This document shows positions 19,332 through 28,731 of a DNA stretch of 64,000 nt, in pieces; the stretch's first letter is position 1, and the number at the start of each line of letters is the position of its first letter. A program made the position numbers and the translations under genes. The notes below the pieces were generated by a model. That model worked only from the letters and a program-made list of their open reading frames with translations. It had not been told where the DNA came from and made no database searches. Source of the DNA: Candidatus Geothermocultor quzhuomuensis (GTDB taxonomy: Bacteria > Actinomycetota > Aquicultoria > Geothermocultorales > Geothermocultoraceae); contig JACVJC010000007.1 of assembly GCA_015711795.1 (NCBI GenBank), positions 5,809-69,808 on the forward strand, read 5' to 3'.

Positions 19332-20399
19332 TTGAAAAAAACCAAGGAAGTTTTAGAAAGATATAAAGAAATAGGCGTTATTATCTGGTCCTATATTGGT
19401 ATATTAATTTTAGTCATTTTTTTTCTCTACATCCTTTCCTTAATTAGCTCTATTTTGCTTCCTTTTGTTTATGCTATGGCTCTCGTTTATATTTTGCGTC
19501 CCTTTGTGAATTTCTTTGAGAAAAAAGGATTAAACCGAGCTGTTTCCCTCATTTTAATTTATTTGGTTCTTGCTTTGATTGTGACTATCTTTTTATTTTA
19601 TTTAGTCCCAGCTCTTAGCTATCAATTTAGTCAATTTTTAAAGAACTTCCCTCTTTACCTTAAAGCAGTTCAAGGGTTTTTAAAAACTTGGCAAGGTAAA
19701 TTTACTCGTCTTCGCATTCCAAAAGAGGCAGTTAAACTTTTTGAGGAGGGTATCCAAAATTTGCAGAATTGGATTGTTTCAGCTCTTACTCGTTTACCTC
19801 GAGTGAGCATCAATCTTGTATCAAATCTTTTTTATCTTATTTTAGCCCCCGTGATTGCTTTTTATATTCTTAAAGATTTAAAAGCAATAACAGAAACTGC
19901 TTTTGCTCTTGTTCCGGTAAGGTATCGAGAAGAAGCAAAGGTTATTGCAAAAAAAATTGACACAGTTCTTGGGAGTTTTATTAAAGGGCAGTTTTTGGTT
20001 GCTCTTTCGGTTGGTATTTTAACTAGTATTGGACTCTCTGTTATAAGGGTGGATTACGCCATTGTGATTGGAATGATTACTGGTGTTTTAAATATAATAC
20101 CTTATTTTGGACCTGTTGTTGGTGCTTTGCTCGCTGGCATAGTTGGTTTGTTTAGGTCACCTCTTACTGCTCTTTGGGCAGTTTTAGTTTTACTTATAGT
20201 TCAGCAAATTGATAGCCTTTTCTTAACCCCTAATATTATGAGAAAACAAGTGAGCCTTCATCCTGTTTTAATAGTCTTTTCCCTTTTAACAGGGGGGGTT
20301 TTATTTGGTGTTATGGGAATGTTACTAGCAATTCCAGTAGCAGCTGTAGGTAAGGTTTTAATTTATCATTTTGTTGAAAAATACGAGGAACATTTTTAG
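19332..20399 (+). CDS. AI-2E (UPF0118) family transporter
   Basis: YILRPFV, NIIPYFGP, LHPVLI, GMLLAIP; multiple hydrophobic helices. Confidence 0.92.
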   Translation: MKKTKEVLERYKEIGVIIWSYIGILILVIFFLYILSLISSILLPFVYAMALVYILRPFVNFFEKKGLNRAVSLILIYLVLALIVTIFLFYLVPALSYQFSQFLKNFPLYLKAVQGFLKTWQGKFTRLRIPKEAVKLFEEGIQNLQNWIVSALTRLPRVSINLVSNLFYLILAPVIAFYILKDLKAITETAFALVPVRYREEAKVIAKKIDTVLGSFIKGQFLVALSVGILTSIGLSVIRVDYAIVIGMITGVLNIIPYFGPVVGALLAGIVGLFRSPLTALWAVLVLLIVQQIDSLFLTPNIMRKQVSLHPVLIVFSLLTGGVLFGVMGMLLAIPVAAVGKVLIYHFVEKYEEHF

Positions 20400-20410
20400 T
20401 AGAGGTCAAA

Positions 20411-23038
20411 TTGAAAAGTAAGGAAATTCGAGAAAGTTTTTTAGAATATTTCAAAGAGCACAACCATTCTATTGTTCCTAGTTCTTCATTGATCCCTGAA
20501 GACCCTACACTTCTTTTAACAGCTGCAGGCATGGTTCAGTTTAAGCCAATTTTTTTAGGCAAGATTAAGCCTGACTTTACCCGAGCAGCTTCTTGCCAGA
20601 AATGTGTCCGAACAACCGATATTGAAAAAGTAGGGTTAACTGCTAGACATTTAACCTTCTTCGAGATGCTGGGCAATTTTTCTTTTGGGGACTATTACAA
20701 AAAAGAGGCAATTTCCTGGGCTTGGGAATTTTTGACTGAGAAGATGGGATTGGAAAAGGAAAAACTTTGGGTGACGATTTTTCGGGAAGACGAAGAAGCT
20801 TATCAAATTTGGCGAGACCTTATTAAAATACCTGATAAGAAAATTGTAAGAATGGGGGAAGAAGACAATTTTTGGGCAGCAGGTTCCACCGGCCCTTGTG
20901 GTCCTTGTTCCGAGCTCATTTATGACCTTGGTGAAGAGAGAAGTTGCAGGAAGCCCGATTGTGGCATCGGATGTGATTGCGATCGATTTTTGGAGGTTTG
21001 GAATTTAGTTTTTATGGAATTTGAAAGAGGAGAAGATGGAGAGCTGAACCCTTTACCCCAAAAAAACATTGATACAGGTATGGGGCTAGAGAGAATTGCT
21101 TTAATTAAACAAAATGTAACGAGTACATTTGAGACTGATTTAATGAAGCCGATAGTAGAAGAAATTCTTTCTTTAACAAAGGAGGAAAAAGGTGCAATTT
21201 CTACCAAAATTATTGCTGACCATGTCCGAGCAATAACTTTCTTGGTCAATGATGGGGTAATTCCCTCCAATGAAGGAAGAGGTTATATCCTTCGGCGCCT
21301 TTTAAGAAGAGCAGTTCGCCATGGCCGGTTATTAGGAATTGAAAAGATTTTTCTCCCCCACTTGGTAGATAAGGTGATTAAAGTTATGGTTGAAACCTAT
21401 TCTGACTTAAAAACAAATGCTCAATTTATTAAAAAAATTGTCCAGAAGGAGGAGGAAAGATTTTCTCATACTTTAAAGCAAGGATTGAATATGTTAAGTG
21501 AAATAATTAAAAAGGCTCATTCTCAAAAACTTTCAACTGTACCAGCCAATTTTGCTTTTGTTCTTTATGATACTTATGGTTTTCCTTTTGAGTTGACTAG
21601 AGAAATTCTGGCCGAAAGCAGCCTCTCAGTTAGCGAGGAAGATTACCAAAAATTAATGGAGGAGCAGAGAGAGAAATCAAGACAAAGCTTTGAGGGAAAA
21701 ACTTTTACATTTTCAAAAGATGTTTATCGATTAGTGACCGAGAAATTTGGCCCAACTGAATTTGTCGGATACGCTGAGTTAGAAACTACTAGCAATGTTA
21801 AAGCGATAATTAAAGGGGAAAACATGATTTTAAAAGCCAAAGAAGGGGAGGAAGTAGAGATAATCTTAGATAAAACACCATTCTATGCTGAAATGGGAGG
21901 ACAAGTTGGTGATAAGGGTCAAATAATTACCGATACTGGTATAATGGAAATTTATGATACCACAAGCCCTTTTCCTTCTCTTTATACCCATAAAGGAAAA
22001 GTGGTAAGTGGTTATATTGAAGTTGAAACTTCAGCAAAAGGTAAGGTAAACCAAAAGAGGCGGCAAAGCATTTCTAGTAACCACACTGCAACTCATCTTC
22101 TTCACTGGGCACTTAGGATTGTTTTAGGAGAGCATGTTAAACAGTCTGGTTCCTTGGTTGATGATAAAAAATTGAGGTTTGACTTTACTCATTTTGAAGC
22201 TTTGACTCCTGAACAAATTATTAAGGTGGAAAAGTTAGTCAACAGCAAGATTTTTGAGAATCACCCAGTCAGAGCTTATATTACTTCCATGGAGTTTGCT
22301 AAAGAAATTGGAGTAATTGCTTTATTTGGAGAAAAGTATGGGGACTTTGTTCGAGTTGTCGAGGTGGGTAATTTTAGTAAGGAACTATGTGGAGGTACCC
22401 ATGTTACCAGGTCAAGTGATATTGGTCTCTTTAAGATTGTCTCAGAAGGCAGTATTGGAGCAAATTTAAGGAGGATTGAAGCTTTAACTCTTTATGAGGC
22501 TTTGAACTTTGTTTACAAGGAAGAAGAACTTTATCGTCAAATTTCTCGAACCTTAAAGGCTCCTTTTTCAGAAGTTCCAGCTAAAGTCGATTTTTTAATC
22601 ACTTCTTTAAAGGAAAAAGATAGAGAGTTGGAAAGGTTAAAAAAGGTTTACTTTGCTGAAAAGGTTGAAAGATTTTTAAAAGAAGCGGTTGAAGTAAATG
22701 AAACAAAAGTAGTTGTGGAAAAATTAGAGGTCGAGGAAGCTCAGGACTTAAAGATATTAGCTGACGCTTTGCGCTCTCGGGTGGAAAAGGGAATCTTTCT
22801 TTTTGGAGCTTCGATTAAGGGGAAGGCGATATTGCTTAGTGCAGCAACCCCCTCAATTGTTCTTAAGGGATTTCACGCTGGTGAGTTAGTTGAAAACATT
22901 TCAGGTTTAGTAAGAGGCGGTGGAGGAGGTAAAGCTGATTTAGCCGAAGCTGGTGGAAAAAGCCCAGAAAAAATTGATGAGGCTTTAAAAGTCGGGAAAG
23001 AAAAAATAATTAATATTTTAAGAAAAATTAAGAGTTAA
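20411..23038 (+). CDS. alaS: Alanyl-tRNA synthetase
   Basis: AGMVQFKP, TFFEMLGNFSFGDY, NHTATHLLH, ELCGGTHV, GGGGG. Confidence 0.98.
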   Translation: MKSKEIRESFLEYFKEHNHSIVPSSSLIPEDPTLLLTAAGMVQFKPIFLGKIKPDFTRAASCQKCVRTTDIEKVGLTARHLTFFEMLGNFSFGDYYKKEAISWAWEFLTEKMGLEKEKLWVTIFREDEEAYQIWRDLIKIPDKKIVRMGEEDNFWAAGSTGPCGPCSELIYDLGEERSCRKPDCGIGCDCDRFLEVWNLVFMEFERGEDGELNPLPQKNIDTGMGLERIALIKQNVTSTFETDLMKPIVEEILSLTKEEKGAISTKIIADHVRAITFLVNDGVIPSNEGRGYILRRLLRRAVRHGRLLGIEKIFLPHLVDKVIKVMVETYSDLKTNAQFIKKIVQKEEERFSHTLKQGLNMLSEIIKKAHSQKLSTVPANFAFVLYDTYGFPFELTREILAESSLSVSEEDYQKLMEEQREKSRQSFEGKTFTFSKDVYRLVTEKFGPTEFVGYAELETTSNVKAIIKGENMILKAKEGEEVEIILDKTPFYAEMGGQVGDKGQIITDTGIMEIYDTTSPFPSLYTHKGKVVSGYIEVETSAKGKVNQKRRQSISSNHTATHLLHWALRIVLGEHVKQSGSLVDDKKLRFDFTHFEALTPEQIIKVEKLVNSKIFENHPVRAYITSMEFAKEIGVIALFGEKYGDFVRVVEVGNFSKELCGGTHVTRSSDIGLFKIVSEGSIGANLRRIEALTLYEALNFVYKEEELYRQISRTLKAPFSEVPAKVDFLITSLKEKDRELERLKKVYFAEKVERFLKEAVEVNETKVVVEKLEVEEAQDLKILADALRSRVEKGIFLFGASIKGKAILLSAATPSIVLKGFHAGELVENISGLVRGGGGGKADLAEAGGKSPEKIDEALKVGKEKIINILRKIKS

Positions 23039-23039
23039 A

Positions 23040-23456
23040 ATGACCAAAATGGCATTTGATATCGGGGAAAAGAAAATTGGTGTAGCTATATCTGATGAGT
23101 CGAATAAAGTTGCTTTAAGCTTAGGGGTTATTTGGAGAAAAACATTTAAGGAAGAACTTAAGGAAATAAAAAGGCTTCTTTTAAAATATAAAGTAAAAGA
23201 AATTGTTGTAGGTATTCCCTACAATTTAAAGGGAGAAACTTCAATTCAAGCAGAAAAAGTTAAAAAATATGTTGATGAACTTAGGAAAGAGCTTTTTGTT
23301 CCTATCCGTGAATGGGATGAACGACTAACAACTCGCATAGCTAATCGTACACTTTCCTATTTTAAAACACCTTGCAAGAGAAGAAAAGAAATTGTTGACA
23401 AATTGGCTGCTACTTTAATATTGCAAAGCTATCTCGATAGCTTGAGGGATCAGTAG
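23040..23456 (+). CDS. ruvX: YqgF/RuvX family nuclease
   Basis: AFDIGEKKIGVAISD, WDERLTT, VDKLAATLILQSYLD. Confidence 0.93.
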   Translation: MTKMAFDIGEKKIGVAISDESNKVALSLGVIWRKTFKEELKEIKRLLLKYKVKEIVVGIPYNLKGETSIQAEKVKKYVDELRKELFVPIREWDERLTTRIANRTLSYFKTPCKRRKEIVDKLAATLILQSYLDSLRDQ

Positions 23457-24478
23457 TGAATAAGGGTTGGTTAAAATACTTTTGGAGAATACTAATCCTT
23501 ACTATAATTTTATTTTTTATCTTTTTTTTGATTAATCAATTTTCCTTATTTCCATCTTCCAAGAAAGTTCGAGTGATTATTTCTCCTGGGCAATCTATTG
23601 ATGAAATTGGCAAGTTGTTAGTTGAAAAAAAAGTCATTAGAAATGCTATTATTTTTAAGTTATTAGTTTGGTATTGGGGAGTTGACCGAAAAATTGATGC
23701 AGGTGAATATCTTTTTAAAGAAGACATGGGTTATAGAAGAGTTACAGAAATTTTAACTAAAGACCCTCTGAAAAAAGTTTTTAAAGTGACTATTCCAGAA
23801 GGATTTACTATCGAACAAATTGGTAACCGATTATCATCTCAAACAAACATCGATGGTAATGAGTTTAAAACTATTGCTTCTACAGGAAATAAAAAAATTT
23901 TCAACTATTCCTTCCTCTCTAGTAATCCTTTAGGAACACTCGAAGGCTACCTTTTCCCTGCGACCTATTATTTAGTTGAAGGAAGTTCTCCTAGAGAGGC
24001 AGTAGATTTGATGCTGAGGCAGTTTGGCAAAGAAATTTCTTCTCAAGATCTTGAAAAAATAAAGGCGAAGGGATTGAATCTTCATCAATTAATTACTATT
24101 GCCTCAATGATTGAAAAAGAGGCTAAGTTGCCTCATGAAAGACCGATAATCGCTGCGGTAATTTATAATCGCCTTCAAAGAAAAATGCGTCTTGAAATAG
24201 ATGCGACTGTCCAGTATGCTTTAGGGGAATGGAAGTCAAGGTTATACGAAAGAGATACCCAAGTAAATTCTCCTTATAATACTTATATTCATTTTGGACT
24301 TCCACCTGGGCCAATTTGTAGTCCTGGTTTAGCTTCAATAAAAGCTGCATTAAATCCTTCTAAAGTAAATTATCTTTACTATGTTTTAACTGACCCTAAG
24401 GGAAGCCACACTTTTACTCAAACCCATAAAGAGTTTTTAAAAGCTAAAGAGAAAGCAAAAAAGATATTTAAAAATTAG
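23456..24478 (+). CDS. mltG: Endolytic transglycosylase MltG
   Basis: TIPEG, LEGYLFPATY, IASMIEKE, SPYNTY, GLPPGPI. Confidence 0.95.
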   Translation: MNKGWLKYFWRILILTIILFFIFFLINQFSLFPSSKKVRVIISPGQSIDEIGKLLVEKKVIRNAIIFKLLVWYWGVDRKIDAGEYLFKEDMGYRRVTEILTKDPLKKVFKVTIPEGFTIEQIGNRLSSQTNIDGNEFKTIASTGNKKIFNYSFLSSNPLGTLEGYLFPATYYLVEGSSPREAVDLMLRQFGKEISSQDLEKIKAKGLNLHQLITIASMIEKEAKLPHERPIIAAVIYNRLQRKMRLEIDATVQYALGEWKSRLYERDTQVNSPYNTYIHFGLPPGPICSPGLASIKAALNPSKVNYLYYVLTDPKGSHTFTQTHKEFLKAKEKAKKIFKN

Positions 24479-24718
24479 AATTAGTCAATAAAGTGCTGAA
24501 GAACTGAAGGCAGTGATAAGGGAGGAGTAACCAGCGAGCCAACTAAAGACAAAAGAAATATAAAATTAATTTCAGCTCTAAATTTTATTGTGGCTGTTAA
24601 TAGCACAGGTTATAATTTTTTAAATAAAGAAGGAATTTTGGTTTGGATACTAGTAAGAATAATTTTAAATTGTAAGGAGTTATTAAAGAAAAATTTGTCT
24701 TTTTAAGGAGAAAGTAAT

Positions 24719-25231
24719 TTGATGAGGGAAAAATTTTTAAAAATCTTGCTTCCAGATAAATATTATTCATCAGTAAACCAAATAAACTTAATTAATTTAA
24801 AAAAAGAGGGAGTGAGAGGGTTAATCATTGATTTGGACAATACCATTGTTCCAAGGAAGGATGAGATTGTTACGGAAGAAATTAAAGACTGGTTTAAGTT
24901 GCTTTCTTCTTTAGGTTTTCGGGTTTGTCTTGTTTCTAATAATTGGTCATCACGGGCAAGTAAGATCGCTGAGGAGCTGAAAATTCCATTAATAGCCCCA
25001 GCTGGTAAACCAAGGAGGAAGGCTTTTCGGCGTGGGTTAGAACTTTTAGGGATGGAAGTTGAGCAAGTAGCAGTCATTGGTGACCAGCTTTTTACTGATA
25101 TTTTGGGTGGTAATCTTCTTAAGATGAAAACAATTTTGGTTTCACCAATGAGTAGCCAAGACCTTTTTCACACCCAGCTTTTAAGGAAGTTGGAAAGGAG
25201 AATCTTAAGAAATATAAAGTTGGAAAAATAA
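24719..25231 (+). CDS. yqeG: YqeG family HAD IIIA phosphatase
   Basis: DLDNT, VSNN, AGKP, GDQLFTDILGG. Confidence 0.92.
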   Translation: MMREKFLKILLPDKYYSSVNQINLINLKKEGVRGLIIDLDNTIVPRKDEIVTEEIKDWFKLLSSLGFRVCLVSNNWSSRASKIAEELKIPLIAPAGKPRRKAFRRGLELLGMEVEQVAVIGDQLFTDILGGNLLKMKTILVSPMSSQDLFHTQLLRKLERRILRNIKLEK

Positions 25232-25339
25232 GTAAAGAGTTATCGATTTTTTCAAGTTTTCTTGGGGACTTGAGAAAATCATTTTTTTTGACGATAAAAA
25301 AATGTAATTATTTGTCTTCAAAAAAATTGCTAATAAATT

Positions 25340-25368
25340 TTGCTAGTTTGACGAGAATGAGGTAAGAT
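25340..25368 (+). promoter_or_regulatory. Putative sigma70 promoter upstream of aroE-pilB
   Basis: TTGCTA-N17-TAAGAT. Confidence 0.45.
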
Positions 25369-25381
25369 AGAAGAGATAACG

Positions 25382-26269
25382 ATGAAGATAAATGGAGAGA
25401 CAAAATTAGTTGGAATTATTGGTTATCCTTTGAAGCACACTTATTCGCCGTTTATTTTTAATGGTCTTTTTGATTATTATCAATTGAATTGGGCTTATGT
25501 TCCTTTACCAGTTTTAAGGGAGGAAAATTTGCCTTCTGCGCTTAATGGAATTCGAGCTTTGAACTTTGTCGGGGTTAATGTGACTATGCCATATAAGGAG
25601 GCAGTTATTTCTTATCTCGATGAGTTGGATACTTATGCTCAAATGGTCAAGGCAATTAATGTTATTCATGTTCAGAATGGTAAGTTAATTGGATATAATA
25701 CTGATGGGAAGGGTTTTTTAAATTCTTTGGAAAGAGATGCTAATTTTTATCCCAAAGGGAAGAGCTTTCTAATTATTGGTGCTGGTGGAGGTGCTCGGGC
25801 GATTTGCTTAACTTTAGCTATGGAAGAACCAAAAAGAATTATTATTGCCAACCGCACTCCTGAGAAAGCTAAGAATTTAAGAGACATGGTAAAAGAGAAT
25901 TTCCCTTCAGTTCAAGTTGATTGGATTTCTTTAAATGAACCACTGGCTAAAATTTTTAAAGATGTTGAGGTGGTTATTAATGCGACACCAGTTGGTATGG
26001 GTTCTTTAGAAGGGGAGATGCCAATTTCAAGGGAAGATTGGGAAGGAGTGACGGAAAAACATTTAGTTTGTGATTTAATTTATTACCCTGAAGAGACTAA
26101 ATTTTTAAAGACGGCTAGGGAAAGAGGCGCTCAAACCTTAAATGGCTTGGGAATGTTAATTTTCCAGGGGATAGGTGCTTTTAAAGTCTGGACTGGCTTA
26201 GAGCCACCAGCTGAGATAGTTAAAAGGATTATCGATAAGGAACTTTCGTTAGTTAAAAGTGGAGCCTAA
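25382..26269 (+). CDS. aroE: Shikimate dehydrogenase
   Basis: NVTMPYK, GYNTDG, GAGGGAR, NRT, GLGMLIFQ. Confidence 0.95.
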   Translation: MKINGETKLVGIIGYPLKHTYSPFIFNGLFDYYQLNWAYVPLPVLREENLPSALNGIRALNFVGVNVTMPYKEAVISYLDELDTYAQMVKAINVIHVQNGKLIGYNTDGKGFLNSLERDANFYPKGKSFLIIGAGGGARAICLTLAMEEPKRIIIANRTPEKAKNLRDMVKENFPSVQVDWISLNEPLAKIFKDVEVVINATPVGMGSLEGEMPISREDWEGVTEKHLVCDLIYYPEETKFLKTARERGAQTLNGLGMLIFQGIGAFKVWTGLEPPAEIVKRIIDKELSLVKSGA

Positions 26270-26271
26270 AA

Positions 26272-27954
26272 ATGGTTAGATTAAAGAAAAGATTAGGCAA
26301 AATATTAGTTGAAGCAGGATTAATAACTGAAGAGCAGTTACAAGAAGCAGTTGAAGCTCAAGATGGTAAGTCAGTCACTTCAGCTTTAATTGATTTAGGC
26401 TATGTTTCAGAAGCTGACATTGCTAAGGTTATAGCTAAGGCGACAGGCTTACCTTATGTAGATTTAAGCAAATATGAAATTAATCCTAATGCTGCTACTT
26501 TAATCTCAGAAGATATTGCTCGAAAGTATTCTGTTCTCCCCATTGATTTTGAAGATAACAAATTAGTTGTGGCTATGGCTGAGCCTGCAAATATATTTGC
26601 CATTGACGATTTAAGAATTATCACTGGTTATGAAATCAAGACAGTAGTTGCTTTAGAATCCGCAATTCAAAATGCTATAAATCAGTTTTGCCGGATGGAC
26701 CATGAAGTAGAAGAGATGACTGAGAGTGTGGCTGGTGAAGAGGAGGAAGCTGCTGTTTCAGCTACCACTGTGGAGGAAGAATATGAGGTTGAAGAAGCTC
26801 CCATTGTTAAGCTCGTTAATGTAATTATAACCGAGGCTGCCCGGAGTCGAGCTGCTGATATCCATATTGAACCTCAAGAAGGAGATATTAGAATTAGGTA
26901 TCGAATTGATGGCGTTTTACATGAGGTAATGCGTTCACCAAAGAGAGTTCAAACTGGAATGGTTGCTCGGATAAAGATTCTTGCTAACATGGATATTGCT
27001 GAAAAGCGGCTTCCTCAAGATGGCCGTTTTAGCTTAATGGTTGATGGAAAACCTATTGATTTTCGGGTTGCAACTTTACCCACTGTTTACGGGGAAAAAG
27101 TTGTTCTCAGGCTTTTGGAGAAAGAAAGCATTTTAATGCAACTAGAAGATTTAGGTTTTCTCCCTGAAAGTCTCAAGAAGTTTAAAAAGTCTTTAAATAA
27201 GCCTTATGGAGCTATTTTTGTTACTGGTCCAACTGGTTGTGGGAAGACAACAACCCTTTATGCTGGATTAAATTTGTTAAACAAAGATGAAAAGAACTTA
27301 ATTACTGTTGAAGATCCAGTTGAGTATCGCTTGCCTGGAGTAAATCAAGTTCAAGTTAACCCTAAGGCTGGTTTAACTTTTGCTTCAGCTCTTCGTTCCA
27401 TTTTGCGAAATGACCCTGATATTGTAATGATTGGTGAAATTAGGGATCAAGAAACAGCTCTCATTGCCATTGAATCTGCTTTAACAGGCCATTTAGTGCT
27501 TTCTACTCTTCACACTAATGATGCTCCATCTGCCATTACTCGTTTAACTGAGATGGGTATTGAGCCTTTTTTAACTTCATCGGCTATTGATTCAGTTGTT
27601 GCTCAAAGATTAGCTAGAAAGCTTTGTGACCAATGCAAAGAAGCTTATACTCCTTCCCTTGAATCACTTCAAAGAGTAAAATTTCCTTTAGGAGAAGGGG
27701 AAAGTTTACCTACTCTTTATCGAGCAAAGGGTTGTGATGCTTGTAATGGTACAGGTTATCGAGGCAGAGTCGGGATTTTTGAAGTAATGGAAATGAGTGA
27801 AACAATTGAGAGGTTAACTGTTGAGAGGGCATCAACAGATGAGATAAAAAAAGTAGCTATTGCTGAAGGAATGTTAACTCTCAGAGAAGAAGGGATGGAA
27901 AAAGTGAAGCAGGGGATTACTTCAATTGAAGAAATCATGAGAGTAATTGTTTAA
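26272..27954 (+). CDS. pilB: Type IV pilus extension ATPase PilB (paralog 1), N-terminal MshEN
   Basis: RLGKILVEAGLITEEQL; Walker A GPTGCGKT; GEIRD; His box STLHTN; CxxC...CxxC zinc site. Confidence 0.95.
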   Translation: MVRLKKRLGKILVEAGLITEEQLQEAVEAQDGKSVTSALIDLGYVSEADIAKVIAKATGLPYVDLSKYEINPNAATLISEDIARKYSVLPIDFEDNKLVVAMAEPANIFAIDDLRIITGYEIKTVVALESAIQNAINQFCRMDHEVEEMTESVAGEEEEAAVSATTVEEEYEVEEAPIVKLVNVIITEAARSRAADIHIEPQEGDIRIRYRIDGVLHEVMRSPKRVQTGMVARIKILANMDIAEKRLPQDGRFSLMVDGKPIDFRVATLPTVYGEKVVLRLLEKESILMQLEDLGFLPESLKKFKKSLNKPYGAIFVTGPTGCGKTTTLYAGLNLLNKDEKNLITVEDPVEYRLPGVNQVQVNPKAGLTFASALRSILRNDPDIVMIGEIRDQETALIAIESALTGHLVLSTLHTNDAPSAITRLTEMGIEPFLTSSAIDSVVAQRLARKLCDQCKEAYTPSLESLQRVKFPLGEGESLPTLYRAKGCDACNGTGYRGRVGIFEVMEMSETIERLTVERASTDEIKKVAIAEGMLTLREEGMEKVKQGITSIEEIMRVIV

Positions 27955-28049
27955 TTTCAAGCCTATAAGTAATTGTTGACTAAATAAAAACTTAGAAAAG
28001 TTTAAGCCTTTTCTTAAATAAACGGAAAGAATGAAGGAGGAAAATTAGG

Positions 28050-28715
28050 ATGGATGAGATAAAAACTGGCGATTGGGAATTTGAAGAGCCTGAAAAACCA
28101 AAATATGATGAGGGAGAATTAATTAAGTCTGACTTTGAAGAGGCTGAAGAGACTTCAGGTGTTCCTGTAGATGTTTTTGAAACGGAAGAGGAAAAAGTAA
28201 TAGAGAAGAAAAAAGAAGCAGTTAAAGAGAAAGAAACTGAAAAAGAGGGTAAGAAAATAAAGCTTGGAGATTTTGAAATTACGGCAGAAGGAGAAGGTCC
28301 AAAAGCAGAAGCTGAAAAAGTGATAGAAGAGAAATCTAAAGAAAAAGGGGAAACTTTGGAAGAAAAACTTATGGTCATATTGAGTGATTTTATTGCGCTT
28401 TCACCAAGCATTGAAGCAGCTGCTTTAGTAAGTTTGGATGGTTTAATCATGGCTTCAGCTTTACCACCTGGCGCTGAGGAAGACAGAGTTGCTGCAATGT
28501 CTGCTGCCATTTTGAGCTTAGGTGAAAAAGCAGCATCAGAGTTGGGGAGGGGAGATTTAGCTCAAGTTTTTGTTGAAGGCAATAAAGGTTATGTATTTTT
28601 AATGTCAACGGCTGGTAAGGCTGTTCTCACTTGTTTAGCTGGGAAGGAAGCTAAGATTGGATTAGTCTTCTATGATATGAAAAAAATTGCTCATCAGTTG
28701 GGGGAAATATTGTAA
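28050..28715 (+). CDS. Roadblock/LC7 (MglB/CvnB-like) protein with acidic N-terminal extension
   Basis: AAALVSLDGLIMASALP..EEDRVAAMSAAILSLGE in C-terminal ~120 aa; first ~100 aa E/K-rich; GGAGG SD. Confidence 0.9.
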   Translation: MDEIKTGDWEFEEPEKPKYDEGELIKSDFEEAEETSGVPVDVFETEEEKVIEKKKEAVKEKETEKEGKKIKLGDFEITAEGEGPKAEAEKVIEEKSKEKGETLEEKLMVILSDFIALSPSIEAAALVSLDGLIMASALPPGAEEDRVAAMSAAILSLGEKAASELGRGDLAQVFVEGNKGYVFLMSTAGKAVLTCLAGKEAKIGLVFYDMKKIAHQLGEIL

Positions 28716-28731
28716 TTTAAGAGGTTAAGAG

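Noticed and set aside
8880..20411. T-box leaders for hisS, aspS or alaS
   Set aside because: These genes overlap or lie within about a dozen bases of upstream genes; no room and no T-box motif seen
25240..25297. GACGATAA at 25290 as a third sigma28 promoter
   Set aside because: No TAAA at the right spacing; better explained as the arm of a hairpin after yqeG
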